DNA of 32,000 bases, taken from contig CAZETV010000001.1 of the NCBI GenBank assembly GCA_964514965.1, positions 540,001 to 572,000 of the forward strand. The letters run 5' to 3'. Positions 7,380-16,274 of this stretch are shown piece by piece. The stretch comes from Candidatus Hadarchaeota archaeon. GTDB lineage: Archaea > Hadarchaeota > Hadarchaeia > Hadarchaeales > Hadarchaeaceae. The translations under genes and the position numbers were made by a program. The notes beneath the pieces are model-generated. The model was given only the letters and a program-made list of their open reading frames with translations, made no database searches and had not been told where the DNA came from. How positions within the stretch are numbered: the first letter of the stretch is position 1; each line of letters starts with the position of its first letter.

Positions 7380-10300
7380 TCCTCCTCGACCCCCCTTAGC
7401 TTGCGTGAGAGTTCTTCTAGGACCCCCACATCCTCTTTGTTAACCTCGTAGAACTCTTCGATTGTCTCGTCTAACTTCTTTCTCAGTTGCGTCAGGAGTC
7501 GCTGATAGCGTGTTTTTGTCTGGGGCGTTTGGGCCTTCTCCCATTTCGCGGTCACATCTATGAGTTTGGTCGTGAGCGAGACGATTTTCTTGTAGAGTTC
7601 CGCTTCTCCTTTGTTGTTCTCGTCCGTCAGCTTGATGGGAAGGTCCTTAATGAACTGCTTACCGTGGGAGTAGTACCCTCCTCTGAACTTGCTCGACCGC
7701 TCCTCGACCATTGCCTCGAAGACAGGATGCGACAGGACTGCCTGCAGGTAGTGGATTGAGATTTCGCTATCATCCTTAGGTCTGAGAGCGTAGTATGGAC
7801 CGTTCCCCCCTCCGGTGAATAGGATGTTGTGATCGTCGTGAACATATCGTGGTTCGAGCGAGAGGATTGGCCAGATGAGCTTGTCTCGTCCGTCGAACTT
7901 GGTTAGGCTCTGGGATCGGCCGAATCTGTACCAGGTTTCTGGGGTGCCCCCCTGGATGCTTCTGTCCTCAATTAGTTCGTCTCGGTAATCCTGTAGGTAT
8001 TTCCAACACTCTGGGAAGTTCTCCTGCATTTCTCTGGGCGTGTAAACTATTGCGCGCCCGCTCTTTACCTTATAAGGGAAAATAATGTACGTGTTGGCCT
8101 TTGGCGTTCCAAAGCACTCTAATGGGGCATCCAAGAGCGAAGGCCTCACAATTGCTTTTTCGACCTTCCTTGGGGTGCCGTCCTTGTCCGTAAAGTGTAT
8201 GTAGTTATCGGTCTCCTTTTCCGGCCTAAATATGTAGATTTCGTCTGCGCTGGTCTGGACGCCTACGAAGATGTTCGCGACTGATTCCAACGTAGCCGGG
8301 TTCTCCTGATTCAGGCGCCCGAAGAGTTCCTTCACACTTGGCGGGAGGAACACCCATGGTTCCTCGGATATGTCATCAGCATTGTACTCTTCTGTTACCC
8401 CTCGTCGTTCGTATTTCCACGCAGATAGGTCCGGGACATGCTCAACGACGAACCGTTCTGCGGGTGCATTGCCCAAGATGAGGATGCACGTGTAGGTTGT
8501 ACTGCGCGGATGGAAGACTTGCTGGACTCCGAAGTCGACGAAGCACCGAAGGTTCTTACCTTCGGAGATTAGCTTGCGGAGAGCTTTTCCAGACTTAATC
8601 TTGGTAAACTTGTGAGGCACGATGTATCCGAGGACGCCGTCTTCGGTCAGCAAGGAAACCGCGCGTTCGATGAAGAGAGCATATTTGTCGAAGTTGTCGC
8701 TCTTGGATGTCTCATAAGGGCACTTTCCACTCTGGTAGAAAGATACCTCCTCGGGGGTGTATTTGACCATATTCTGGATGCGGATGTAGGGGGGGTTGCC
8801 AACAATGATGTCGAAGCCGCCTTCCTTAAAGATTTCAGGGAAAGCATCCCTCCAGTCTAATGGGTTGATACTCCTCAGGAGGTTCTCATCATCTAGACCA
8901 TCGGGATTGAATTTAAGATAAGACGAGGTGTCCACCAAGCTGTTGCCACACTGAATGTTGTCGCTCAGGTTGGGGAGGGCTTTTACCCTATGGCGTTCGA
9001 GATGATCCTTGATTGTTGCGGCAGTCTCATTTTCTAACGTTTTCAGTAGCAGACTGAATCGGGTTACCTCGGCGGCTTGTATGTCGATGTCTACGCCGAA
9101 GATATTGTTCAACAGTATCCGTTGCTTTTCTCGTAGCGTGAGGTACCACTGGTCTTGCGGTCCCCTGTATAGTTTGTCCTTGTGCTTCTCGGAACCATCT
9201 TTGAGATACCACTCACGATGGTAGTTGAGGAGATGTTCGTACGCAGCAAGCAAGAATGTCCCAGAGCCGCAGGCGATGTCTGCTACATGTAGCGACGACA
9301 AGTGGTCAGGTGTCTTCCCGTCGCAAGCCGAAGCAACTGTCTGATCAGTAATGTAGTCAACGATGAATGATGGGGTTGGGATAACGCCGGACTCGACCGC
9401 CTCTGGCTTATCCTCAATCTCGACCTTTCTTCCCTCACCGAGTCGTACCTCTTTGCCGAGAAACAGCTCGTAGATTTCACCTAAGACTGTTGCGTCCATG
9501 ACCGAGAAAGCGTACGGGCTTTCGGGGTAGTAGAGCTCCTGAAAGATCTGGATCAGGTTGTCGCTACCCACCTCGACATCGAGGGAGAGTTGGTCCTCAA
9601 CGAAGTCGAAAAGGCCTGAGTTGTATCGTTTGTCGGTTTTGAGAAAGAGCTCCTTGAGTTCGTCATATGACTCAACCTTCTGGAGTCTCTTGTACTTCTC
9701 GAGTTCTCGATCCTCACATATCCTCAAAAAGACGATTCGGTTTATGAGCCTCTGTACGAGAAAGTTGAGCGTATCCTGCGCCAGCGAGGGGTTGCGCGTT
9801 GCTAAATCCTTAGCGAGTGCTTCTCGCCAGCCCTCTATCTGTCGGAGGAAGTAGTCGTCGAACGGTTGGGTTCCCTCGATCTCCCTCTCAACATCGAATA
9901 CCTTGTCAAACCGGCCGCTATAGACAGATTCCCTTGACAACTGTTCATAAATCTCGTCGAACTTCTGGACGTATTCGTTGTAGCTATAAATCTTGAGACG
10001 AGCTACACGGACATCGTCCTCTGGTTTTGGAAGGAAGCGACAATCGTAGATGACGAGGTGCTCGAAGTTGGTCAATACGGATACAGGAAGGCGAGCCGTC
10101 CATCCATATCTCCGAAGCTGGAAAGCAGGCTGCTTATTCCTCTCGATGTGAACCGAGGGTTTTTTTGCCTCGACGAAGAGCTTCCGCTTTCCAGCGACTC
10201 TCAGACCGTAGTCGGGCTCTTTGGGTAGCTGACCGCTCTCTTCCTCGGCCTCCACCGATGTCCCGTGAATAACTTCCCTCAGGTGGAGTGGAGCACCCTT

Positions 10301-10474
10301 CTTGTTTTCCACGTCCCAGCCTAGGAGCCTGAGCAAAGGGTCGATGAACTCCTGCCTTGTCTGGATTTCTTTGTAAGCCGCGTCAGAGCGAACATACTGG
10401 TTGCGATTCCGTTCGTACTTCTCCACTAGCTCACGGAGTTCGGCCATCATAGCTTCTCGAACTACGTCTGCCAC
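7376..10474 (-). CDS. Type IIG restriction-modification enzyme (fused PD-ExK endonuclease + N6-adenine methyltransferase, Eco57I-like)
   Basis: 1032 aa. N-terminal nuclease motif EPDYGLRVAGKRKLFVEAKKP (PD...EAK). Methylase motif I VADIACGSGTFLLAAYEHL. Motif IV IIVGNPPYIRIQNM. Confidence 0.8.
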   Translation of the reverse strand: MADVVREAMMAELRELVEKYERNRNQYVRSDAAYKEIQTRQEFIDPLLRLLGWDVENKKGAPLHLREVIHGTSVEAEEESGQLPKEPDYGLRVAGKRKLFVEAKKPSVHIERNKQPAFQLRRYGWTARLPVSVLTNFEHLVIYDCRFLPKPEDDVRVARLKIYSYNEYVQKFDEIYEQLSRESVYSGRFDKVFDVEREIEGTQPFDDYFLRQIEGWREALAKDLATRNPSLAQDTLNFLVQRLINRIVFLRICEDRELEKYKRLQKVESYDELKELFLKTDKRYNSGLFDFVEDQLSLDVEVGSDNLIQIFQELYYPESPYAFSVMDATVLGEIYELFLGKEVRLGEGRKVEIEDKPEAVESGVIPTPSFIVDYITDQTVASACDGKTPDHLSSLHVADIACGSGTFLLAAYEHLLNYHREWYLKDGSEKHKDKLYRGPQDQWYLTLREKQRILLNNIFGVDIDIQAAEVTRFSLLLKTLENETAATIKDHLERHRVKALPNLSDNIQCGNSLVDTSSYLKFNPDGLDDENLLRSINPLDWRDAFPEIFKEGGFDIIVGNPPYIRIQNMVKYTPEEVSFYQSGKCPYETSKSDNFDKYALFIERAVSLLTEDGVLGYIVPHKFTKIKSGKALRKLISEGKNLRCFVDFGVQQVFHPRSTTYTCILILGNAPAERFVVEHVPDLSAWKYERRGVTEEYNADDISEEPWVFLPPSVKELFGRLNQENPATLESVANIFVGVQTSADEIYIFRPEKETDNYIHFTDKDGTPRKVEKAIVRPSLLDAPLECFGTPKANTYIIFPYKVKSGRAIVYTPREMQENFPECWKYLQDYRDELIEDRSIQGGTPETWYRFGRSQSLTKFDGRDKLIWPILSLEPRYVHDDHNILFTGGGNGPYYALRPKDDSEISIHYLQAVLSHPVFEAMVEERSSKFRGGYYSHGKQFIKDLPIKLTDENNKGEAELYKKIVSLTTKLIDVTAKWEKAQTPQTKTRYQRLLTQLRKKLDETIEEFYEVNKEDVGVLEELSRKLRGVEEE

Positions 10475-10490
10475 TCAGTACCACCTTGGG

Positions 10491-10691
10491 TCAGGCTTTT
10501 CCCTCCTCTTTCCAGAATAAATAGATTCTACCACTGGTTTTATGGGCGACATCCTTCCTTTCAATTGCGAGGCGCAACAGCACCCGCTGCGCTGTCTTAT
10601 AAGAAATCTTCAATTTTTTGGATACTTCACTAGGCGTGACTGGTTCTCGTGAAAGTAATCGGTAAATCTTTTGCTCCCATTCGTGCCCCAT
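10491..10691 (-). CDS. Small winged-helix DNA-binding protein (possible controller of the R-M genes)
   Basis: Ends 17 nt upstream of the type IIG gene on the same strand. wHTH-like sequence PSEVSKKLKISYKTAQRVLLRLAIERKDVAHKTSGRIYLFW. ATG 10691 is preferred over the TTG at 10709 used by the track. Confidence 0.5.
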   Translation of the reverse strand: MGHEWEQKIYRLLSREPVTPSEVSKKLKISYKTAQRVLLRLAIERKDVAHKTSGRIYLFWKEEGKA

Positions 10692-10811
10692 CGGTCCAGC
10701 TCCACTCAATTGTCCAATTAATTTTACGTGGTTTCGTCTTTTAAATAGATTTGCCAGAGAGGTGACCGAAAGTAATATTTAACCCCCGCCCGCATCGCCC
10801 CACTTTAATAA

Positions 10812-11678
10812 CTACTTCTTCTGCTTGAATTCGCCCCTAACGAAAAGATAAGAAACAACAAAGCCGAAAGCAAATCCAATAAGGTGAGCATTTATGTCAA
10901 TTATCCCTTTACCAATTCTTAAACTCTCAGGAAAAATGAAGGCTAGGCCAAAAATGTAGATAAAAAGTATTGGGCGAAAAAACCTATTTTCTGCATAGTG
11001 TATCTGAGCTGATTTAAAACAGGCTTTCGTTGTTGGATTTCTCAAAATTTTGATTAAAAGGCCAGAAAATGCCACGATCAAAACTAACAAGATTACGATT
11101 TTGTGGGGAGCAGGGTCGAAGTATGTGGGGAGGACTAGGATAAAACTTAACAGCAAAACAAGGTTCATAAAACCCGAAATTCCAGTTTTCCAATTACACG
11201 ATTTCTTAAGGTAATTCAAAGTAAAATAAGGGAGAATTCCAAAAAGTGCCGAAACAATCCCTGAAAATCCCATAGATTTACTGGCAGGTAATGACAGAAA
11301 AGTCTCGCTAGCAGGGATAAAATAAGAAGTGGCAGCAACCAACCACGGCAATAGACCAAAAATTATTCCCATCATCAACCAGAATTTTTTCCTTTGCCCT
11401 ATTTGTTGGCTCAACAAGTAAACAGGGATTACAAACATAAAATACCAAAAATAATTCCCTACCAGATGCCCAGACTCTTCGTGGATAAAATTAGTGGTAT
11501 AAAAAGAAACGAGACTTGGAGTATCGTGATGCAATATCAATTTGTCTTTTATTGAGGGCGGAAACAAAAATAGCGCCAAAAGCACAGCGGGAATTACCAC
11601 GACTAACAGAAACAAATCTTTCTTGAAGTGAGGTTTCTTAAATGCCCCCAACGCTTTTTTTAACTTGCCCACCGACAT
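10812..11678 (-). CDS. Rhomboid-family intramembrane serine protease
   Basis: Polytopic membrane ORF with the three rhomboid motifs: HEESGHLVGNYFW (HxxxN), SMGFSGIVSALFG (GxSG catalytic Ser) and INAHLIGFAFGFVVS (catalytic His, HxxGxxxG). ATG 11678-11676 shares one base with the upstream stop (TGATG). Very AT-rich. Confidence 0.65.
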   Translation of the reverse strand: MSVGKLKKALGAFKKPHFKKDLFLLVVVIPAVLLALFLFPPSIKDKLILHHDTPSLVSFYTTNFIHEESGHLVGNYFWYFMFVIPVYLLSQQIGQRKKFWLMMGIIFGLLPWLVAATSYFIPASETFLSLPASKSMGFSGIVSALFGILPYFTLNYLKKSCNWKTGISGFMNLVLLLSFILVLPTYFDPAPHKIVILLVLIVAFSGLLIKILRNPTTKACFKSAQIHYAENRFFRPILFIYIFGLAFIFPESLRIGKGIIDINAHLIGFAFGFVVSYLFVRGEFKQKK

Positions 11679-12262
11679 CAATGAACTTCCATCTTTTTGG
11701 TTGGTTTAGGCAGTAGTTTCAATTTTATAAGAATTTTTTCTATTTTTTCATGAATAGCTTGAAGTTTTTTGTTCAAATCGTTAAAATATTTGTCAGTTAA
11801 TTTTTGTTCACTTAGTTTTCCCCTTCCGTCAATGTATTGTAAGCAAGCTTGGAATTTTAGGTTAGGCTCTTGTTGGTAAAAAATTGGCCCGTGCGCCCAT
11901 TTGTTTCTCTCGGTTATCAATGCCCCTAAAGATTTGAAAAGCTCTTTTTGTTCGTCTTGTTTTAGGTATTTACCCACCTTCACAATCTCCTTAAAAATAT
12001 CGATTTTCACTGTTAAGGGGATAGAACGAGAATTCAATATTTTTTCTGACAACACGGTTTTGAATTTCGATTTTTTAGAAATCATGCTTTTTTCAATAAT
12101 CTTGTTGATGTCTTCCTCTATGCCGATAATCAACTCAATAAAATGCCCCCTGATATACTTCAAGTGGCGCATTTGTTCATTGTAATCCTTGAATTGTTCA
12201 GGCCCCATTTCCACCTTGGATTTTGGGGGAATTCGTATCCAGTGCATATGTGCTCTGGGCAT
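11678..12262 (-). CDS. HEPN-domain protein (Rx4H motif), Abi-like putative RNase
   Basis: 194-aa predicted all-helical protein. LGALITERNKWAHGPIF contains R-N-K-W-A-H, the Rx4-6H HEPN signature in the RNxxAH form seen in Abi/DUF4145-type HEPN families. Own SD (GGGAGGGGTGAG) and TATA-like box upstream. Very AT-rich. Confidence 0.55.
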   Translation of the reverse strand: MPRAHMHWIRIPPKSKVEMGPEQFKDYNEQMRHLKYIRGHFIELIIGIEEDINKIIEKSMISKKSKFKTVLSEKILNSRSIPLTVKIDIFKEIVKVGKYLKQDEQKELFKSLGALITERNKWAHGPIFYQQEPNLKFQACLQYIDGRGKLSEQKLTDKYFNDLNKKLQAIHEKIEKILIKLKLLPKPTKKMEVH

Positions 12263-12264
12263 AT

Positions 12265-12300
12265 CTCACCCCTCCCAATTTGTCTCGTTGAACTTTATAT
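12265..12300 (-). promoter_or_regulatory. Putative promoter/RBS of the HEPN-rhomboid pair
   Basis: On the minus strand, ATATAAA (plus 12294-12300) lies about 35 nt upstream of the ATG, and GGGAGGGGTGAG (plus 12265-12276) lies immediately upstream of the ATG at 12262. Confidence 0.3.
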
Positions 12301-12350
12301 CCTCAAAGACCGCTAGGAGCCGAGACTCAACGGACTGGTTCTCCCACTCC

Positions 12351-12545
12351 TTACGAAAACTCATCAAAATCAACCCACCTCACCCGCGCCACCAGTTTCA
12401 CAAGCCACACCGTGAACTCATCCATACCTTCAAACGGGTCAAGTTTGGGAAGTTCTTGAATTAGCTTCTCCACTAACCGTTTTCTTTCCTCACCTCTGGC
12501 ACGGTCGGCGCGGCGGGCGAGGCCCTTGAGTTGGCGGTAGTTCAT
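12351..12545 (-). CDS. Small hypothetical protein (64 aa, Arg/Glu-rich N-terminus)
   Basis: ATG start 15 nt downstream of the rad50 stop, with GGAG about 10 nt upstream. Same strand as the operon. No recognisable motif. Confidence 0.35.
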   Translation of the reverse strand: MNYRQLKGLARRADRARGEERKRLVEKLIQELPKLDPFEGMDEFTVWLVKLVARVRWVDFDEFS

Positions 12546-12559
12546 AAGGTTCGCTCCAA

Positions 12560-14962
12560 TCAGCTCTCGGCCGTTCTAACCTCGCAGAAACCTGCCTCGT
12601 TTTTGAGGCAGGTGCGCTTGACTCCCTCTGGGTCTATCGCGTTCAGGAAAGCGGGATCGTGCGACACTACGATTACCTGTTCCAGCTTGAGGGCGCCTCC
12701 CTTCATCTCCTTGACGAGGTTGGCGAGGAGCTGCCCGAGCCGCTCTCTGTTTCTATTGTCGACCCATATGGTTGGCTCGTCAAGCACCAAAATTCGCGGA
12801 ACCGATGTCTTCCAGAGGAGGTTGAGGAAGGCTACGCGGAATGCTATTGATGCCAAGACCCTCTGCCCGTGGCTTGAAATCGTATTGAAGGGTATTTTCT
12901 CACCAGTTGCGCTTAACCGGACGAGCAGAGTTTCCGTGACAAGAGTTTTTTCGCCATCTTCTTCCACCTCTTCAACCATGACCTCCAACTCAACCATTGG
13001 CAGGTCTGACCGTGGGTAGAGCAATGGCCAAATCCACCGTAGGTTGTGATTGATCATGTCCCTGTATTCCACCAGAAGTTCGTGGAGGGATACCTTAGCT
13101 GCTTCGCATGCCAGTTTGACTTCATCGGCAAAAGCGCACGTTACTTCATGCCTCTTTTCGGCTTCAGCGAGTCTACCGTAGTAAACTCTTGCATTCTCCT
13201 CGTTTTGTTTTACGAGTTTGATCTGGGGTCCGAATCCCCCTATCTTCGTCACTATTTTCCGCAACTTTTCCTGAAGTCTTTCGTTCCGAATCCTCAACCT
13301 TATTGACCGTTCTTTTAACTTGGGCAAAAGCTTGGTTTCTCTTTTTAAAATCCTGACCTCTTGGTTTAACCTGTCGATATCTTCAAAGGTTTCCGCCAGC
13401 TGTATTTTTTCCCTAATCTCGTCTATTAACTGCTCCAACTTCTTTTCTTTTTTCTTAATTGCTTCTTCTTTTTTAAGGAGCGATGGTAGCTTCTTTCCTG
13501 CGGACTTCAAATTCCTTTCCGCCTCGGATAGCCTACTAGTAAAATCACCCAATTTTCGAAGATTGTCTGTCACTTTCTCTATTAGAGTAATAATCTCTCC
13601 AGCGTTCTTGGACTCCGCGGTTTTTTTCTTTACCTCGGCCTTGAGTTTTTTTAGGAGTTCCAGTTTTTTCCTCAAGATTCTCTCCCGCTTTTCCGAGGTG
13701 AGGCTTGTATCGCAAACGGGGCAGTTGGCTTTCGCTTTTTTAAGCATGCTCACATAGCCGCCTTGGTCCCTCGATTGGGCCTCTAATCCGCCAATCCCTT
13801 TTGCGAGTTTCTGAAGCGCCTTTTGCTGAGATTTTTTGAAGCGATCAACGTCTTTGGCGTTCTTGAATTCAACTTTAATCCCTTTTTCTTCTAAAGACCG
13901 GATAAGAGCACGATACTCTTCAGAGCACTTTTCAATTTTTGACACGAGTTCGTCCTTTTTCCTCGTTGCGTTCTCCACCGCCCTCTTTTGCTCTATGGCG
14001 TCCGCACCAACGCTTGTCAGCCTCGTTCTCAAGCTTCTGAGCTGACCATCAATGCTTTTTTCCCTTGCTTTAAACCAGTTGGATGTTTTCTTGGGCTTGG
14101 CCTTTCCATCAACCTCTCGTCTTTTTCCGTCGATTTGCTCGTCCAATTTATTCAGGCCACCAACTTTTTGTTCTAAACCTGTGATCCTGCTTTCAAGTTT
14201 GTCATGGTTTTCTCTCAAAGTCGTGGCCACGGATTCGAGTTCAGCTTTTTTCCTTTCTTCCGCGTTTCGCTTTCGTTCTAACAGTTTTCGTTGCTTTTCA
14301 TATTCTTCAGGCGGCGCCAATTTCAGGTTCTCTATATCCCGCTTAATGCGTTTGACTTCTTCCTTACATCTCTCGGACTCATCATCGAGCATCGAGAACG
14401 AACTTTTGGCGTTCGTGTAGATGCGCTGAAGGGCCTCGAATCTAAAAAGCTTGGAAAGCTTTGCCCCCACGTCTTTAGGCGCCCTTACGGGCCAGAGGAG
14501 TTTCACGGGATCCTGTGTTTGAATCAGTATGTCTTCGAGTATCTCTTCAGTGGTTCCCAGCCGATCCATAACAAGTCGTTGCATATCGGTCTGACGACGT
14601 GCGACCTCCAGTTCGCCAACTTTTTTCAGCTCTGTTCCATCGCACATTATTGACCATTTGACCTTTTCCCCCACCAGATATTTTCTTATTGAATATTCTT
14701 TTCCGTCTCTATCTGTTATGGTGAGGGTCGCCTCGAAGGGACCCATATCCCTCGGCTCCAAGGTGCGGTACTCATCGAATCGGCTAACATCGATTTTCTT
14801 GTGCAGGAGATTGAAGAGGGTCAGCGTAACTATGGAGGACTTGCCGGTCGCGTTGTCGCCGAGAACTAAGTTTATCCCAGGCGAAAATTTGACGACATTG
14901 TTCTTGTCTCCGTATCCTCTGAAATTCTTCATCTCAGCCGCGTTAATCAGACCCAACTCCAA
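12560..14962 (-). CDS. rad50: Rad50/SbcC-family SMC-like ATPase (divergent)
   Basis: Walker A VLGDNATGKSS. Long Lys/Glu-rich coiled coil with a central zinc hook, KANCPVCDTSL (CxxC). Signature-like ISSHGQRVLASIAFRVAFL (SHGQ instead of SGGE/Q). Walker B RILVLDEPTIWVD. H-loop VIVVSHDP. TTG start overlapping the mre11 3' end. Confidence 0.8.
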   Translation of the reverse strand: MELGLINAAEMKNFRGYGDKNNVVKFSPGINLVLGDNATGKSSIVTLTLFNLLHKKIDVSRFDEYRTLEPRDMGPFEATLTITDRDGKEYSIRKYLVGEKVKWSIMCDGTELKKVGELEVARRQTDMQRLVMDRLGTTEEILEDILIQTQDPVKLLWPVRAPKDVGAKLSKLFRFEALQRIYTNAKSSFSMLDDESERCKEEVKRIKRDIENLKLAPPEEYEKQRKLLERKRNAEERKKAELESVATTLRENHDKLESRITGLEQKVGGLNKLDEQIDGKRREVDGKAKPKKTSNWFKAREKSIDGQLRSLRTRLTSVGADAIEQKRAVENATRKKDELVSKIEKCSEEYRALIRSLEEKGIKVEFKNAKDVDRFKKSQQKALQKLAKGIGGLEAQSRDQGGYVSMLKKAKANCPVCDTSLTSEKRERILRKKLELLKKLKAEVKKKTAESKNAGEIITLIEKVTDNLRKLGDFTSRLSEAERNLKSAGKKLPSLLKKEEAIKKKEKKLEQLIDEIREKIQLAETFEDIDRLNQEVRILKRETKLLPKLKERSIRLRIRNERLQEKLRKIVTKIGGFGPQIKLVKQNEENARVYYGRLAEAEKRHEVTCAFADEVKLACEAAKVSLHELLVEYRDMINHNLRWIWPLLYPRSDLPMVELEVMVEEVEEDGEKTLVTETLLVRLSATGEKIPFNTISSHGQRVLASIAFRVAFLNLLWKTSVPRILVLDEPTIWVDNRNRERLGQLLANLVKEMKGGALKLEQVIVVSHDPAFLNAIDPEGVKRTCLKNEAGFCEVRTAES

Positions 14963-16274
14963 GCACCCCGTTCAGTTTTTCCGTGACCCTTTTCTTTGCA
15001 GCGGCGGATGTTTTTACCTCAGAAAAAATTTGGTAGAGTTCCTCGGGTGAGAAATGCTCCCCCGAAAAGCCGAGCTGGCGAAGCTTTTGGCAGAACCGCT
15101 CGAGAGGGGCGGAAAACATCGCACCGGCTTCCACGGCGCCACGCAGTTTTTCGAGACGTTCCAGTTCCTCTTCGGTGTATAGGTCGCTCGGGATCATCAT
15201 CTCTGACCAGTTGTGTACCTTGTCCCTGTATCCGCTGGCAATCCCCTCCAAATCTAGCTCCGCCCGCTTGGTCTTAGAGGCCAGTTTCCCCGTTAAGTAA
15301 ACCTTAACGCGTGGTTTTTTCTCCAACCCGTCGAGCGGGAGGTCGTTCAACACATCCAGAATTTTGTTTTTCGCCTGCCCCGCGGTTAAATTCTCGCACG
15401 TAATCCTTCGGTGGAACACCTGCCTCGCTTTCTTGAGTTCGAAAGATTTTAAGGCGATGCGATTTTCGGCCCCAATTTCAATAAGGTGCACGTATTTTCT
15501 GCCCTCTTCTTGCTGGGACACGCTGGTCGCGTTAGTGGCGCCAGGAACCAATATCTTGGTTTTAAGGTCTCCTCGTTTTTCAGCTTGGAGAGCCCCCCTG
15601 CCGTCCAAGCACGCTTTGTGGGCATGTCCCATCACCACATAATCGATATTCTGGAAGGGGCTCAAATCCACATACTCGGAAGCGGGCACGGTTCCCTCAA
15701 CCGCGTTATGGATGCACGAGATATTGACGCAACCCGTTTTGTGAGGGATGCCGCACTTTGATATCGATTCGTTGATGTAGCCCTCGGGCCTGTGGCCCGC
15801 GCCCGTTAGCAAAACTCTAGTCCCACCTTTTTTTATTACAATATGTTTCGACGCAAATTTGTTGTCGGGGTCCACATCGAGGTAGTTGACATACCCCGCC
15901 GATACGAGATGCTGAAAAGGCGGCGCAGGTGCTGGTCTTCCGATTGGGCGATCATGCGTGCCATGTATTAGAAAAACTGGTACAGCAATGCTCACGTCTT
16001 CGGCCTCAAAATTGACTTTCCCTTCCAAAACTTCTAGGTTCGGCTTTCGGCCAGTAATGATCGAACGGAGAATTGTCGTGGCTTTATCGTGAATCCACGG
16101 TTGGGGGTCGGTTCGGTCGTAGAAGTCCCCCGCGTGAAGTATCACATCAGCACCTGCGTTAACAAGGGTCTCTAGGCCCTCCTCAAAGGTCTCAAACGGA
16201 TCCATCCGCAACTCCGGGTCTATCGAAGATGCACCCAAGTGCGTATCGGAGAGGATGCCGATTTTCAAACTCAT
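14943..16274 (-). CDS. mre11: Mre11/SbcD-family metallophosphoesterase nuclease (divergent motif III)
   Basis: Phosphoesterase motifs IGILSDTHLG (I), ILHAGDFYDR (II), FLIHGTHDRP (III, with GTHD instead of the canonical GNHD) and YVVMGHAHKA (V). The start overlaps the upstream stop (ATGA at 16271-16274). Confidence 0.8.
   Translation of the reverse strand: MSLKIGILSDTHLGASSIDPELRMDPFETFEEGLETLVNAGADVILHAGDFYDRTDPQPWIHDKATTILRSIITGRKPNLEVLEGKVNFEAEDVSIAVPVFLIHGTHDRPIGRPAPAPPFQHLVSAGYVNYLDVDPDNKFASKHIVIKKGGTRVLLTGAGHRPEGYINESISKCGIPHKTGCVNISCIHNAVEGTVPASEYVDLSPFQNIDYVVMGHAHKACLDGRGALQAEKRGDLKTKILVPGATNATSVSQQEEGRKYVHLIEIGAENRIALKSFELKKARQVFHRRITCENLTAGQAKNKILDVLNDLPLDGLEKKPRVKVYLTGKLASKTKRAELDLEGIASGYRDKVHNWSEMMIPSDLYTEEELERLEKLRGAVEAGAMFSAPLERFCQKLRQLGFSGEHFSPEELYQIFSEVKTSAAAKKRVTEKLNGVLGVGSD

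Noticed and set aside
12531-14653. Series of plus-strand ORFs (162, 86, 145, 69, 62, 122 and 120 aa) antisense to rad50
   Set aside because: They are Ser/Phe/Leu-rich low-complexity translations mirroring the Lys/Glu-rich coiled-coil codons of rad50. These are classic shadow ORFs.
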